Both the position numbers and the translations under genes were made by a program. From Clostridia bacterium (GTDB lineage: Bacteria > Bacillota > Clostridia > Christensenellales > Borkfalkiaceae), in the NCBI GenBank assembly GCA_029059705.1, contig JAIDVM010000041.1, positions 26,754-90,753 of the forward strand: a DNA stretch of 64,000 nt, read 5' to 3'. A model generated the notes under the pieces. That model ran no database searches. It saw only the letters and a list, made by a program, of their open reading frames with translations, and had not been told where the DNA came from. Of this stretch, positions 1-8,330 are shown one piece after another; positions within the stretch are counted from its first letter, which is position 1, and every line of letters begins with the position of its first letter.

Positions 1-376
1 GCACGTCGTTGGTGGTGCGGGTTATGAGCGACGGCGTTGAAAACTTTTCGCGCTCGAATATGGAAAGCCCGTCTACCTTTTTATAGATTGCTGAACGGAT
101 ATTTGCCGAATGGTTTGAAGAAACGAAGGACGAAATAAGCCCCACGCAAATCTGGCAGCCCATACTGCCCGCCGCAACCAGCAGCATCATTCCGCCGTGA
201 TACCATATATCGCCCGTGGTCGACATACCGTACGGCAAAAGCGTTATGTCTTTAATAATTTCCTGCACGAAGTCGGCGAGCGTCATGGTGCAATAAACCT
301 GCAACACCGTAAGCCCGACTAAAATTACGAGCAGAACCCAGTCTATCGGTCTTAGTTTTTTGTACAATTTGAACAT
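1..376 (-). CDS. ABC exporter permease/ATP-binding protein, N-terminal part only (rest lies beyond the left edge)
   Basis: Manual minus-strand translation from the ATG at 374-376 gives MFKLYKKLRPIDWVLLVILVGLTVLQVY...FSTPSLITRTTNDV. This is typical of the first TM helices of an ABC_membrane domain. AAGGAG RBS lies upstream. Not in the ORF track because it is truncated. Confidence 0.6.
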   Translation of the reverse strand, partial: MFKLYKKLRPIDWVLLVILVGLTVLQVYCTMTLADFVQEIIKDITLLPYGMSTTGDIWYHGGMMLLVAAGSMGCQICVGLISSFVSSNHSANIRSAIYKKVDGLSIFEREKFSTPSLITRTTNDV

Positions 377-540
377 TAAATTACTACCTTTCTACTCCTT
401 ACTGTCAATATTTACATTATATTACAATAAATAGTGTTAAATGTAAAATGCGCTCACGGATTGCGCGTAAATTTTTATCAAATTTTCACAATTTTATTGT
501 CGCCGTTTTACGTTTATGACAAATTTTTTGCAATTTAAAA

Positions 541-565
541 CCCCCGCGCGGTTTGCGGGAGTTTA
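541..565 (-). terminator. Rho-independent terminator downstream of the histidine kinase gene
   Basis: CCCGC/GCGGG stem followed by a T-run on the minus strand, just after the stop at 577. Confidence 0.5.
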
Positions 566-576
566 TTACTTTTATT

Positions 577-2025
577 TTACTCTTTGGTAATATCGATTGC
601 TGAAGGCACGGAGGGAAAATCCACCCAAAACGCAGAGCCTTGGTTTATTTTGCTTTCCACGCCGAAGTCGAAGGCGTGGTTTGTTAAAATTACCTTAACA
701 ATATTCAGCCCCAAGCCCGTGCCCTTTACGGGGCGGTTATGGTTTTCCTTTACACGATAATATCTGTTCCAGATTTCGTTTAAATCCTTTTCCTCTATGC
801 CCTTGCCCGTGTCGCGCACGCAAAACTTAATTCTTTGCCCGTCCATGCTCTGTTTTAAGCTTATATAAACGGTTTTGTCCTCGCCCGTGTAGTTCGCGGC
901 GTTACCCAGCAGATTGTAGATAACCTGTTTTATCTTCTCTTCGTCGGCGCGTGTGTAAAGGTCTTTGTCTATGTCGAGCATAAAGCTATAACCGTTCGTT
1001 TCCTGCAAATAGCCGAATTTATTGATTATGCCGTAAACGAGTTCGGTTAAGTTGAACACCTTGGGGTTGATTACGTCGAGGTTGGACTGAAGCTTTGAAA
1101 CGCTTAAAACGTCGTTTACAAGCCCCGTAAGCCTATCCGCCTCGTCCTCGATTACCTTTAAGTGCTTTTCACGCTTTTCCTTGTTGTCGCCCGAAATTTC
1201 CCTAATCATGGAAGCGTAAGCCTTTATCATGGTGAGCGGCGTTTTTAAATCGTGCGTTACGTTTGCAAGAATTTCGCGCTGGAAGTCCTCGCTCTTTTTC
1301 ACCTCGTCGCGCACGTGGTTGAGCGTGTCGGAAAGCTGCGCCATTTCTTTATAATCTACGTTTGTGAATTTAACTGTATAATCGCCCTTGGCAAGTTCGG
1401 CGGCGGCAGATGACATACTTTTAAGCCCGCGCGTGATTTTTTGGGAAATAAGATACGAAATCAAAAACGACAGCGCAAGGATAACCACGCCAACTATAAA
1501 AAGATATAGCTGCAACGTGCCGACCGTTTCCTTTACTATGCTTAACGAATACGTTGCCAGCACGTAATGCTCGTTTCGTCCCGCGCCAAGCTTTGCGCCG
1601 TAGTTTATGCCTTCGCCCGCGCGGAATATAATTTCGCTGCCCGCGCCGTAACCGCCGAGGTAATTTAAAAGCTCGGTTACCACTTTTTCGTCTACTTCCG
1701 CCGCAGGCGTTTGCGGTGAAAGCACGTTGCCGCGGCTATCGAGAATATATACGTAAACTCCGTCGCTTGCATATCTGCGCAAGCTTAAATCGTTTACTGG
1801 GAAGCCCGCCCGAATTTCCATACAAACTTCCTTGCCTATACGCTCGACCCTTTGCCGCGCCTGATTGCCGAACGTGCCCGCAACAACCGAATAAAACACG
1901 AGTTCTAAGGCGAATATCAAAAAAACCGCGAGTATGCAAAAATAGCCCCACATGGTAAAGTTTACGCTTTTCAGCTTTTTGGGGGGCTTTTTATTTTTAG
2001 TTTGCTTAACGTTTTCAGACTTCAA
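577..2025 (-). CDS. Two-component sensor histidine kinase
   Basis: H-box VTHDLKTPLT, N-box NLLGNAANYT, G-boxes DTGKGI and GTGLGL, and two N-terminal TM segments. The 2025 start is TTG and overlaps the regulator stop. ATG at 1953 is an alternative. Confidence 0.9.
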   Translation of the reverse strand: MKSENVKQTKNKKPPKKLKSVNFTMWGYFCILAVFLIFALELVFYSVVAGTFGNQARQRVERIGKEVCMEIRAGFPVNDLSLRRYASDGVYVYILDSRGNVLSPQTPAAEVDEKVVTELLNYLGGYGAGSEIIFRAGEGINYGAKLGAGRNEHYVLATYSLSIVKETVGTLQLYLFIVGVVILALSFLISYLISQKITRGLKSMSSAAAELAKGDYTVKFTNVDYKEMAQLSDTLNHVRDEVKKSEDFQREILANVTHDLKTPLTMIKAYASMIREISGDNKEKREKHLKVIEDEADRLTGLVNDVLSVSKLQSNLDVINPKVFNLTELVYGIINKFGYLQETNGYSFMLDIDKDLYTRADEEKIKQVIYNLLGNAANYTGEDKTVYISLKQSMDGQRIKFCVRDTGKGIEEKDLNEIWNRYYRVKENHNRPVKGTGLGLNIVKVILTNHAFDFGVESKINQGSAFWVDFPSVPSAIDITKE

Positions 2026-2677
2026 ATTTGTAACCGAGTCCTCTTAAAGTAACGATGAATTTTCTGTATTGTTTTAAATTGGAGCGCAGCATTTTTATGT
2101 GCGTGTCCACCGTGCGGTCGTCGCCGTAAAAATCGAAGCCCCACACGTCCATTAAAAGCTTTTCGCGGGTGAGCGCAATCCCCTTGTTTTTAACGAAATA
2201 AAATAAAATTTCGTATTCCTTGGGGGTAAGCTCCGCCTTTTCGCCGTCGACGTAAACGTTTCTGCCCACCATGTCTATGGTTAAGCCTTCAAACGTGATA
2301 ACGTCGTTTTGTGTTTCCTGCGCGCCGCGCTTTAACACTGCGTGTATGCGCGCCATAACCTCTTTGGGTGAAAAGGGCTTTGTAACATAGTCGTCGGCGC
2401 CGATTTCAAAGCCGAACAGCTTGTCGTATTCCTCGCCGCGCGCCGAAAGCATTATGACGGGGATATTTTTGATTTTTTTGATTTCCTTAACGGCGGAAAA
2501 CCCGTCGAGTTTGGGCATCATTACGTCCATTAAAATGATATCGAAGTCGTTGTCGCGGCACATTTTAACCGCCTGCATGCCGTCCGCCGCCTCGAAAGCC
2601 GTGCCGCCCTCGAATTCGACGTATTCCTTTAAAACGCCCCTAATCATCTCTTCGTCGTCCACAATAAGTACTTTCAT
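2015..2677 (-). CDS. OmpR-family response regulator
   Basis: Receiver domain (DDEE..., DVMMPKLDG) plus a winged-helix C-terminus (LRGLGYKF). ATG start. Confidence 0.92.
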   Translation of the reverse strand: MKVLIVDDEEMIRGVLKEYVEFEGGTAFEAADGMQAVKMCRDNDFDIILMDVMMPKLDGFSAVKEIKKIKNIPVIMLSARGEEYDKLFGFEIGADDYVTKPFSPKEVMARIHAVLKRGAQETQNDVITFEGLTIDMVGRNVYVDGEKAELTPKEYEILFYFVKNKGIALTREKLLMDVWGFDFYGDDRTVDTHIKMLRSNLKQYRKFIVTLRGLGYKFEV

Positions 2678-2781
2678 AAAACTCTCCTCTTGCCGTGATT
2701 GCGCGGTTATTCCTTTTATACTTTAATAATAAACCGCGTAAATAAAAACAAATTAATTTTATAATGAAATATTTGTGAAAA

Positions 2782-3135
2782 TTACAAAACCTTTATAAAA
2801 AACATTTCCATAGGCTGCTTAAACGGCGTGTTTTCGAGTATTAAACAACCGCTTTCCGCAAAACCGAGCTTTCTGTAAAAGTGCTGCCCTCTCTCGTTTG
2901 ACTGCGTTGAAGTAAGCAAAGCTTTAGCGCCTTGCGCCCTTAACTGCTCTTCGAGAAATTTTATTGCCCGTGAGCCTATGCCCTTTCCTCTGTAATTTTC
3001 TTCAAGCCTGACGAGGCTTAAATAGGGCATGCCGTCCCAAAAGTCCTTATACTCCATAACGCCGACCTCTTTGCCCTCTGCTATTATGGAATAGCCGAAG
3101 GTTTCGCCGCGCCTGTATTTTTTGTATTCTGTCAT
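2782..3135 (-). CDS. GNAT family N-acetyltransferase
   Basis: Acetyl-CoA binding motif RGKGIGSRAIKFLEE; 117 aa. Confidence 0.75.
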   Translation of the reverse strand: MTEYKKYRRGETFGYSIIAEGKEVGVMEYKDFWDGMPYLSLVRLEENYRGKGIGSRAIKFLEEQLRAQGAKALLTSTQSNERGQHFYRKLGFAESGCLILENTPFKQPMEMFFIKVL

Positions 3136-3182
3136 AAATAAAGTGTAGCATAAAAATTTTTATAAGTCAACGCGGAAAAATC

Positions 3183-3211
3183 TTGACATTTTGTCCGTTT
3201 ATGCGTATAAT
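3183..3211 (+). promoter_or_regulatory. Sigma-A type promoter for the radical-SAM operon
   Basis: TTGACA (3183-3188), exactly 17 nt, TATAAT (3206-3211); 39 nt upstream of the ATG at 3250. Confidence 0.6.
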
Positions 3212-3249
3212 TCAACCTGTAAACATTTGTTTATTTTTGGTAAAGAACT

Positions 3250-4503
3250 ATGTTGAACGCCGAAACTCTTGAAATTTTAACCGAAAGCGCAAAATACGAC
3301 GTAAGCTGCTCCTCATCCGGCTCTTCGAGAAAGAACCGCGCGGGCGGGCTTGGAAACGGCTCCGTCGGCGGAATTTGCCACTCGTTTACGCCCGACGGGC
3401 GATGCATTTCGCTGCTCAAAATTTTAATGAGCAACGAATGTCTTTACGACTGCGAATATTGCCCGAACCGCAAAAGCGCGGACGTAAGGCGGGCAAGAAT
3501 TACCCCCGACGAAATTTGCGAGCTGACAGTTAATTTTTATAAGCGCAACTATATTGAAGGCTTGTTCCTTTCCTCCGCCGTTTTCGAAAGCCCCAACCGC
3601 ACTATGGAGCTTTTGTGCGAAACGGTTTTAAAGCTTAGAAAGGTTTATAACTTTAACGGTTACGTTCATTTGAAGGGCATACCGCACGCCGACGAGGAGC
3701 TTTTAATGAAAGCGGCTAAGCTTGTTGACAGAATGAGCTATAACATAGAGCTGCCGAGCGAAAAATCGCTTAAACTGCTTGCGCCGCAAAAGACGAAGCA
3801 AAGCCTGCTGCTACCCATGAAGAGCTTAAAAGACGCCGTGGATTATGAAAAATTTAACAAGCTGCGGCGTAAGACTATTCCCGCGGGGCAGACGACGCAG
3901 ATGATTATAGGCGCTTCGCCCGAAACGGACGGACAGATTTTAAAGCTGACCGAGGCGCTTTACCGCAACATGGACATGAGACGCGTTTATTACTCCTCTT
4001 ACGTGCCCGTGGTGCAAAGCAGCAAGCTGCCCGCGGTGGGCGCGGGGCTTTTGCGGGAACACAGACTTTATCAGGCGGACTGGCTTATACGCTTTTACGG
4101 CTTTGACGTAAGCGAAATTTGCGGAGAAAACGAAAACCTTTCGGCGGAATACGACCCGAAGTGCGCGTGGGCGCTTAAAAACATGCACCTTTTCCCCGTG
4201 GAAATAAACACCGCGCCGCTTGAAACGCTTTTGCGCGTGCCGGGGATTGGCGCGAAAAGCGCATATAAAATTGTAGAAGCAAGAAAATTTTCGAAAATAG
4301 GCTTTGATAACCTTGCAAAAATGCGCATAGTATTAAAGAGAGCCAAGCACTTTATTACCTGCGGGGGGAAATTTTTCGGCACGGACAGCTTTGCGCAAGT
4401 GAAATATTCGCTGCTTTTGGACGGACAAAGCGAAGTCAGCGAACAAATTTCCATGTTTTCCACCCCTTCCGCCGCGCTTTCGGCTCTTACCGGTGAAATA
4501 TGA
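3250..4503 (+). CDS. Putative DNA modification/repair radical SAM protein (TIGR03916-like) with C-terminal helix-hairpin-helix
   Basis: CLYDCEYC (CX3CX2C) radical-SAM cluster motif. HhH-like LLRVPGIGAKSAYKIV near the C-terminus. Stop overlaps the next start (ATGA). Confidence 0.8.
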   Translation: MLNAETLEILTESAKYDVSCSSSGSSRKNRAGGLGNGSVGGICHSFTPDGRCISLLKILMSNECLYDCEYCPNRKSADVRRARITPDEICELTVNFYKRNYIEGLFLSSAVFESPNRTMELLCETVLKLRKVYNFNGYVHLKGIPHADEELLMKAAKLVDRMSYNIELPSEKSLKLLAPQKTKQSLLLPMKSLKDAVDYEKFNKLRRKTIPAGQTTQMIIGASPETDGQILKLTEALYRNMDMRRVYYSSYVPVVQSSKLPAVGAGLLREHRLYQADWLIRFYGFDVSEICGENENLSAEYDPKCAWALKNMHLFPVEINTAPLETLLRVPGIGAKSAYKIVEARKFSKIGFDNLAKMRIVLKRAKHFITCGGKFFGTDSFAQVKYSLLLDGQSEVSEQISMFSTPSAALSALTGEI

Positions 4504-5228
4504 AAATTTTTATTTGCGACGGCACTGAAGCATGCTTTTACACGGCGGTGTTTTTGGCTTATCCCGAAAAGAACTGCATAATTACTTCGAACAGCGACGT
4601 TCAGCTTTCTTTGGACAGCGAGGTTGTAAACGTGGAAACGGACGGCGAAAAATGCGGGCGTGTAACAGACAGACTTGACGCTTTGGACAAGGAAGCCGTT
4701 GACGATATTAACTGCGTTTTGCGGAGCTGCGACGGATTAAAGGAACAGACGGCGTTTGAGTATATAAAAGCGTTGATAAGGCACAAATCGCCCGTAAAAA
4801 AGGCTTATAACCTGCCCGAAGTGATTGAATTTAACGACCTTTTATATAAGGTTACGGGCGAAACGCACAGAATTAAAGGGCTTTTGCGGTTTATGGAAAG
4901 CGCGGACGGAACGCTTTACGCCCCCTACTCCCCCGACAACGATATAACTGACATGCTTATGCCGCACTTTGTTGAAAGATTTAAGTCGGAAAGGTTTGTA
5001 ATTCACGATTTAAAGCGCAAAACCGCGGGAATGTACAACGGCAAGGAGTGGATAACGGGCTACGTTGGCGAGGCGGAAGTTTATCTTTCGGAATACGAGC
5101 GCGCGTTTGAAAATTTGTGGAAAAAGTATTATAAGGCGGTAAACATAAATGAACGCCCGCACGAAAAGCAAATGAAACGCAGTATGCCCGTGCGCTATTG
5201 GAAGTTTTTGCCCGAAAAAAAGGATTGA
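4500..5228 (+). CDS. DUF4130 / TIGR03915-like probable DNA metabolism protein, partner of the radical SAM protein
   Basis: Family-typical C-terminal pattern (FENLWKKYYKAVNINERPHEKQMKRSMPVRYWKFLPE). Translationally coupled to the upstream gene. Confidence 0.75.
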   Translation: MKIFICDGTEACFYTAVFLAYPEKNCIITSNSDVQLSLDSEVVNVETDGEKCGRVTDRLDALDKEAVDDINCVLRSCDGLKEQTAFEYIKALIRHKSPVKKAYNLPEVIEFNDLLYKVTGETHRIKGLLRFMESADGTLYAPYSPDNDITDMLMPHFVERFKSERFVIHDLKRKTAGMYNGKEWITGYVGEAEVYLSEYERAFENLWKKYYKAVNINERPHEKQMKRSMPVRYWKFLPEKKD

Positions 5229-5233
5229 AAAAA

Positions 5234-5261
5234 CGGCGCGCGGTTTAAATACCGCGCGCCG
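5234..5261. terminator. Bidirectional hairpin terminator between convergent genes
   Basis: CGGCGCGCGGT / ACCGCGCGCCG 11-bp stem with a 6-nt loop. Confidence 0.65.
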
Positions 5262-5273
5262 CTAAATTATAAA

Positions 5274-5585
5274 TTAATAAATGCTACCAAGCATACTGCC
5301 TATAAGCGAACCGTAAATTATTCCAAGGACAACCCCAAGGACTACCCCTATTATTATTCCGATTATGGCGCCCTTCCCGCAAGACTTAGCCTTTAAAGGG
5401 CTTTCGGTATGCCATACCAAATATAAAATAAAGCCTATTAAAGGGAAGAAAATACTAAGTACCATAAAACCGGTATTGGGAGCATCGTCTGCGGCGGTTC
5501 TCATAGTTTGGTGCACAGCTACTCCGCATTTGGGACATACCACCGCGTTGTCGTCGATTTCTGCCCCGCAATTTTTGCAAAACAT
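5274..5585 (-). CDS. Zinc-ribbon domain membrane protein
   Basis: N-terminal CKNCG...CPKCG zinc ribbon followed by two glycine-rich TM helices. Confidence 0.7.
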   Translation of the reverse strand: MFCKNCGAEIDDNAVVCPKCGVAVHQTMRTAADDAPNTGFMVLSIFFPLIGFILYLVWHTESPLKAKSCGKGAIIGIIIGVVLGVVLGIIYGSLIGSMLGSIY

Positions 5586-5618
5586 AAAATTTCTCCTTTG
5601 TATTTTTCCTTAATTATA

Positions 5619-5665
5619 TTCCCATTATTCTGGGAAGTCAAGCATATTTCCCAGAATTGTGGGAA
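5619..5665. promoter_or_regulatory. Two copies of the palindromic operator TTCCCA-N6-TGGGAA
   Basis: Copies at 5619-5636 and 5648-5665, 29 nt centre to centre. They lie in the divergent intergenic region between the zinc-ribbon gene and the XRE gene. Confidence 0.6.
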
Positions 5666-5674
5666 AATATTGTT

Positions 5675-5884
5675 ATGCAGGAAAGTTTTGGAGAAAAACT
5701 TAAAGAATTAAGGCAAGAAAAAAATATAGGTCAAATCCAACTCGCAAAAGAGCTTGGCGTGGGAAAGTCAGTTATAAGTCTTTGGGAACTAAACCGTTGC
5801 GAACCAACGCTTTCAAATCTTGTAAAAATTGCAGAATTTTTTGGAGTAAGTATAGACTATCTTGCTGGACTTGAAAAAATATAA
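5675..5884 (+). CDS. XRE-family helix-turn-helix transcriptional regulator
   Basis: HTH_3 pattern LKELRQEKNIGQIQLAKELGVGKSVISLWE. ATG at 5675 is preferred over the TTG at 5657 used by the ORF track. Confidence 0.85.
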   Translation: MQESFGEKLKELRQEKNIGQIQLAKELGVGKSVISLWELNRCEPTLSNLVKIAEFFGVSIDYLAGLEKI

Positions 5885-5915
5885 GCGCGCAGACTAAGCT
5901 GCGCGCTGTTTGTTT
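5884..5915. terminator. Bidirectional terminator
   Basis: AGCGCGCAG / CTGCGCGCT stem followed by GTTTGTTT. Confidence 0.6.
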
Positions 5916-6744
5916 ACTTTAATTTTTTGGTTATTTTGGTTAAGAAGTCGGAAAGCGGGTTGTCTTCGAGCTCCTCTATCCTTCCGCCGTCGGCGGCTTT
6001 GGTTAAGTCGGGGTCGATTGGCAATTTAGCTACGGCGGGTATGCCGTTTTCCATTGCGATTGCGTCCACGTTGCTTTCGCCGAACACCGAAATTTTTCTG
6101 CCGCAGTCGGGGCACTTTATATAGCTCATGTTTTCGACAATGCCCAAAATGGGAACATTCATCATCTGCGCCATATTAACCGCTTTTTGCACAATCATTC
6201 CCACTAAATCCTGCGGGGTGGTGACGACGATTACGCCGTCGATGGGAATGCTTTGGAACACGGTTAAGGGCACGTCGCCCGTGCCGGGGGGCATGTCGAT
6301 GAACATTATATCAACGCCCGTCCAGATTACGTCGGTCCAGAACTGCAATACCGTGCCCGAAATTAACGAGCCGCGCCAAACCACGGGGTCTGCCTCGTTT
6401 TCGAGAAGCACGTTCATGGACATAACCTGCACTCCGCCTTCGGTTACGACGGGCAAAATGCCGTTGTCGCTGCCCGTTGCGCGCTCGGTTACGCCGAACA
6501 TGCGGGGAATCGAAGGGCCTGTTATGTCTGCGTCCATAACGGCGGTTACTTTGCCCGAATTCTGGGCTGCCGCGGCAAGGAGCGCGCACGTCATGGATTT
6601 ACCCACGCCGCCTTTGCCCGAAACAACCGCGATTACTTTTTTTATATCGCTCATTTGGTGCGGTTTTTTCAAAAGACTTTTTTTATCTCTCGACGAACAG
6701 TTTTCGCCGCATGAAGAACAATCGTGCGAACAATTTTCCGCCAT
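5914..6744 (-). CDS. Mrp/NBP35 (ApbC) family Fe-S cluster carrier ATPase
   Basis: Deviant Walker A SGKGGVGKS, CPDCG motif, Cys-rich N-terminus. Confidence 0.9.
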   Translation of the reverse strand: MAENCSHDCSSCGENCSSRDKKSLLKKPHQMSDIKKVIAVVSGKGGVGKSMTCALLAAAAQNSGKVTAVMDADITGPSIPRMFGVTERATGSDNGILPVVTEGGVQVMSMNVLLENEADPVVWRGSLISGTVLQFWTDVIWTGVDIMFIDMPPGTGDVPLTVFQSIPIDGVIVVTTPQDLVGMIVQKAVNMAQMMNVPILGIVENMSYIKCPDCGRKISVFGESNVDAIAMENGIPAVAKLPIDPDLTKAADGGRIEELEDNPLSDFLTKITKKLK

Positions 6745-6768
6745 AGTACACCTCTTTTCGTTTTTAAC

Positions 6769-6797
6769 ATTGTAGGTTATAGACTTAAAAAAGTCAA
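6769..6797 (-). promoter_or_regulatory. Sigma-A type promoter for the Mrp gene
   Basis: Minus strand reads TTGACT, 17 nt, TACAAT. Confidence 0.5.
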
Positions 6798-6842
6798 GCT
6801 ATTACCATTTAAAGTTAAAAATACGCCGCGGGGCAAATTTGC

Positions 6843-6871
6843 TTGCAAAATTGAAATTAATCTGCTAAAAT
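6843..6871 (+). promoter_or_regulatory. Promoter of the SRP RNA gene
   Basis: TTGCAA, 17 nt, TAAAAT immediately upstream of the RNA. Confidence 0.55.
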
Positions 6872-6877
6872 AGCGTT

Positions 6878-7146
6878 ACTGTGCTAAGTGGGGAGTTAGC
6901 GGCACCCTGTACCTGCAATCCGCTATAGCAGGACCGAATGCCTTTTTAGACGAAACAAATGGAAAGCCGCGCCTTATAAGGGGTGTTGATAGCAAGGTCT
7001 TATGCAACCGGCAACTGCGAACCGTGTCAGGACAGGGATGTAGCAGCACTAAACAGTCCCGCCGGTGTGCCATGAGGTAGCTTTGGAGGAGCCACCTGTA
7101 AGGTTTACGTTTCGGTTTGTTTCGGCGACGAAGGCTGCACAGCTTT
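6878..7146 (+). ncRNA. ffs: Signal recognition particle RNA, large Bacillus/Clostridium type with Alu domain
   Basis: GTGCTAAGTGG...CACCCTGTACCTGCAATCCGCTATAGCAGGACCGAATGCC closely matches my recollection of the B. subtilis scRNA 5' Alu domain. Domain IV-like GTCAGGACAGGGATGTAGCAGCAC is present. 5' ACTGTGC pairs with 3' GCACAG. No credible CDS in the region. Confidence 0.85.
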
Positions 7147-7162
7147 TATTTTAGCAATTTAA

Positions 7163-7203
7163 ACGCCCGCGGACATTTATATGTCCGCGGGCGTATTCTT
7201 TTT
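7163..7203. terminator. Strong bidirectional terminator
   Basis: 14-bp perfect stem ACGCCCGCGGACAT / ATGTCCGCGGGCGT with a T-run. Confidence 0.8.
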
Positions 7204-7208
7204 AAATT

Positions 7209-8330
7209 TTATTTTTTGAACATTATGCGCTCGCTTTTGAACATAAATGCCAAAAGCACTACGAGCGCGGCGGCGACGGCTACGTTTGAAATAATTGCAA
7301 GCCCCACGGCGAGCGGGGTTGCGGTTAGCGCCATTATGCCCGAAATTGCAAGCCCGCTGCCGACAAGGGGAATTGCGAACAGCCCCAAAGACGGCGAAGC
7401 CGAAACAAACATTGAAACCACGCCCAAAAGGACGATTACCATCATAAGCGGCGTAATGAGCGAGCCAGCCTCCTTTACGCTCTTTGCAAGCGCCGATAAA
7501 ACGGAAAAGGCGGAAATTATTACCAAAACTATTGAAATAATCAGCCCGAACAGCATAAAATAATCCCCCACGCCGTAAGGAAGCACGTCTGTTGCGACGA
7601 AGCCGCCCATCAACTTAGGCAGCGACAAAATTACGCCGATAAAGCTTGAAAGTCCGCTAAGTAGCGCAAAAACGGTTAAGCTTATTATTTTGCCGAGCGC
7701 AATTTGCCACCTTTTCACGGGGGTGATTAGCATGGTTGCCATGGTGCCCCGCTCCTTTTCGCCAGCAATCGACTCGGGCGCGACAGCCATGCATGCCGAC
7801 GCGAGCATGGCGAACATCAACAGCGGCACGAGCATCGAAAGCATTTTCGTCGCCATATCCCTGTCCTCCGCCAAATCGTATTTGACGTCGGGCGAGGCGT
7901 TTATTACGAACGCGGGGTTTTGATACGCCGCCAAAAGGCTTGTTGCAAGCACGTACGCCGAGCTTGACTTGTCGCTTATCGAATTGTAAAACACACGCAC
8001 TTCGGGTTTACCCTGCGGCGCGGCGATAAAAACAAAGGCTACGTCTACGCTTTCTTCGGCTACCTTTGCCTGCGCCTCTTCCTCCGTCAATTTTTCTTCG
8101 GAAACCTTAAACATTGCGTTTACGGGCGCGGCGAGCTCCGCGGGCAAATCCACCACAATCGCAGTGGGAACGTAAGTTTCGTCGGGCTTACTCATTTTGG
8201 TAAACACCGTACCCATAAGCGAATACAGCGCGTAGATTAAAACGCCGGGTAAAAGAACGGTTATTATCATTCTTCTGTCTTTGAAAAAGCGTGAAAATTC
8301 TTTTTTGATTAAGGTGAGTATGTTTTTCAT
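7209..8330 (-). CDS. ABC-2 type transporter permease (NatB-like)
   Basis: One N-terminal TM, a large extracytoplasmic loop, then five C-terminal TMs. ATGA overlap with the upstream ATPase gene. Confidence 0.8.
   Translation of the reverse strand: MKNILTLIKKEFSRFFKDRRMIITVLLPGVLIYALYSLMGTVFTKMSKPDETYVPTAIVVDLPAELAAPVNAMFKVSEEKLTEEEAQAKVAEESVDVAFVFIAAPQGKPEVRVFYNSISDKSSSAYVLATSLLAAYQNPAFVINASPDVKYDLAEDRDMATKMLSMLVPLLMFAMLASACMAVAPESIAGEKERGTMATMLITPVKRWQIALGKIISLTVFALLSGLSSFIGVILSLPKLMGGFVATDVLPYGVGDYFMLFGLIISIVLVIISAFSVLSALAKSVKEAGSLITPLMMVIVLLGVVSMFVSASPSLGLFAIPLVGSGLAISGIMALTATPLAVGLAIISNVAVAAALVVLLAFMFKSERIMFKK

Noticed and set aside
6128-6775. 215-aa plus-strand ORF antisense to the Mrp/NBP35 gene. 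Similar long antisense ORFs occur at 9554-10078, 20728-21441, 24090-24593, 39546-39938 and 59024-59692.
   Set aside because: Each lies entirely inside a well-supported gene on the other strand. Their composition is low-complexity, rich in Ser/Pro/Ala/Arg. They have no RBS and no recognisable motifs. These are shadow ORFs of moderately GC-rich coding DNA.
6876-7073. 65-aa minus-strand ORF and the start of a 148-aa plus-strand ORF (7117-7563) around the SRP RNA.
   Set aside because: The region is explained by the SRP RNA with its own promoter and terminator, and by the ABC-2 permease gene on the opposite strand.
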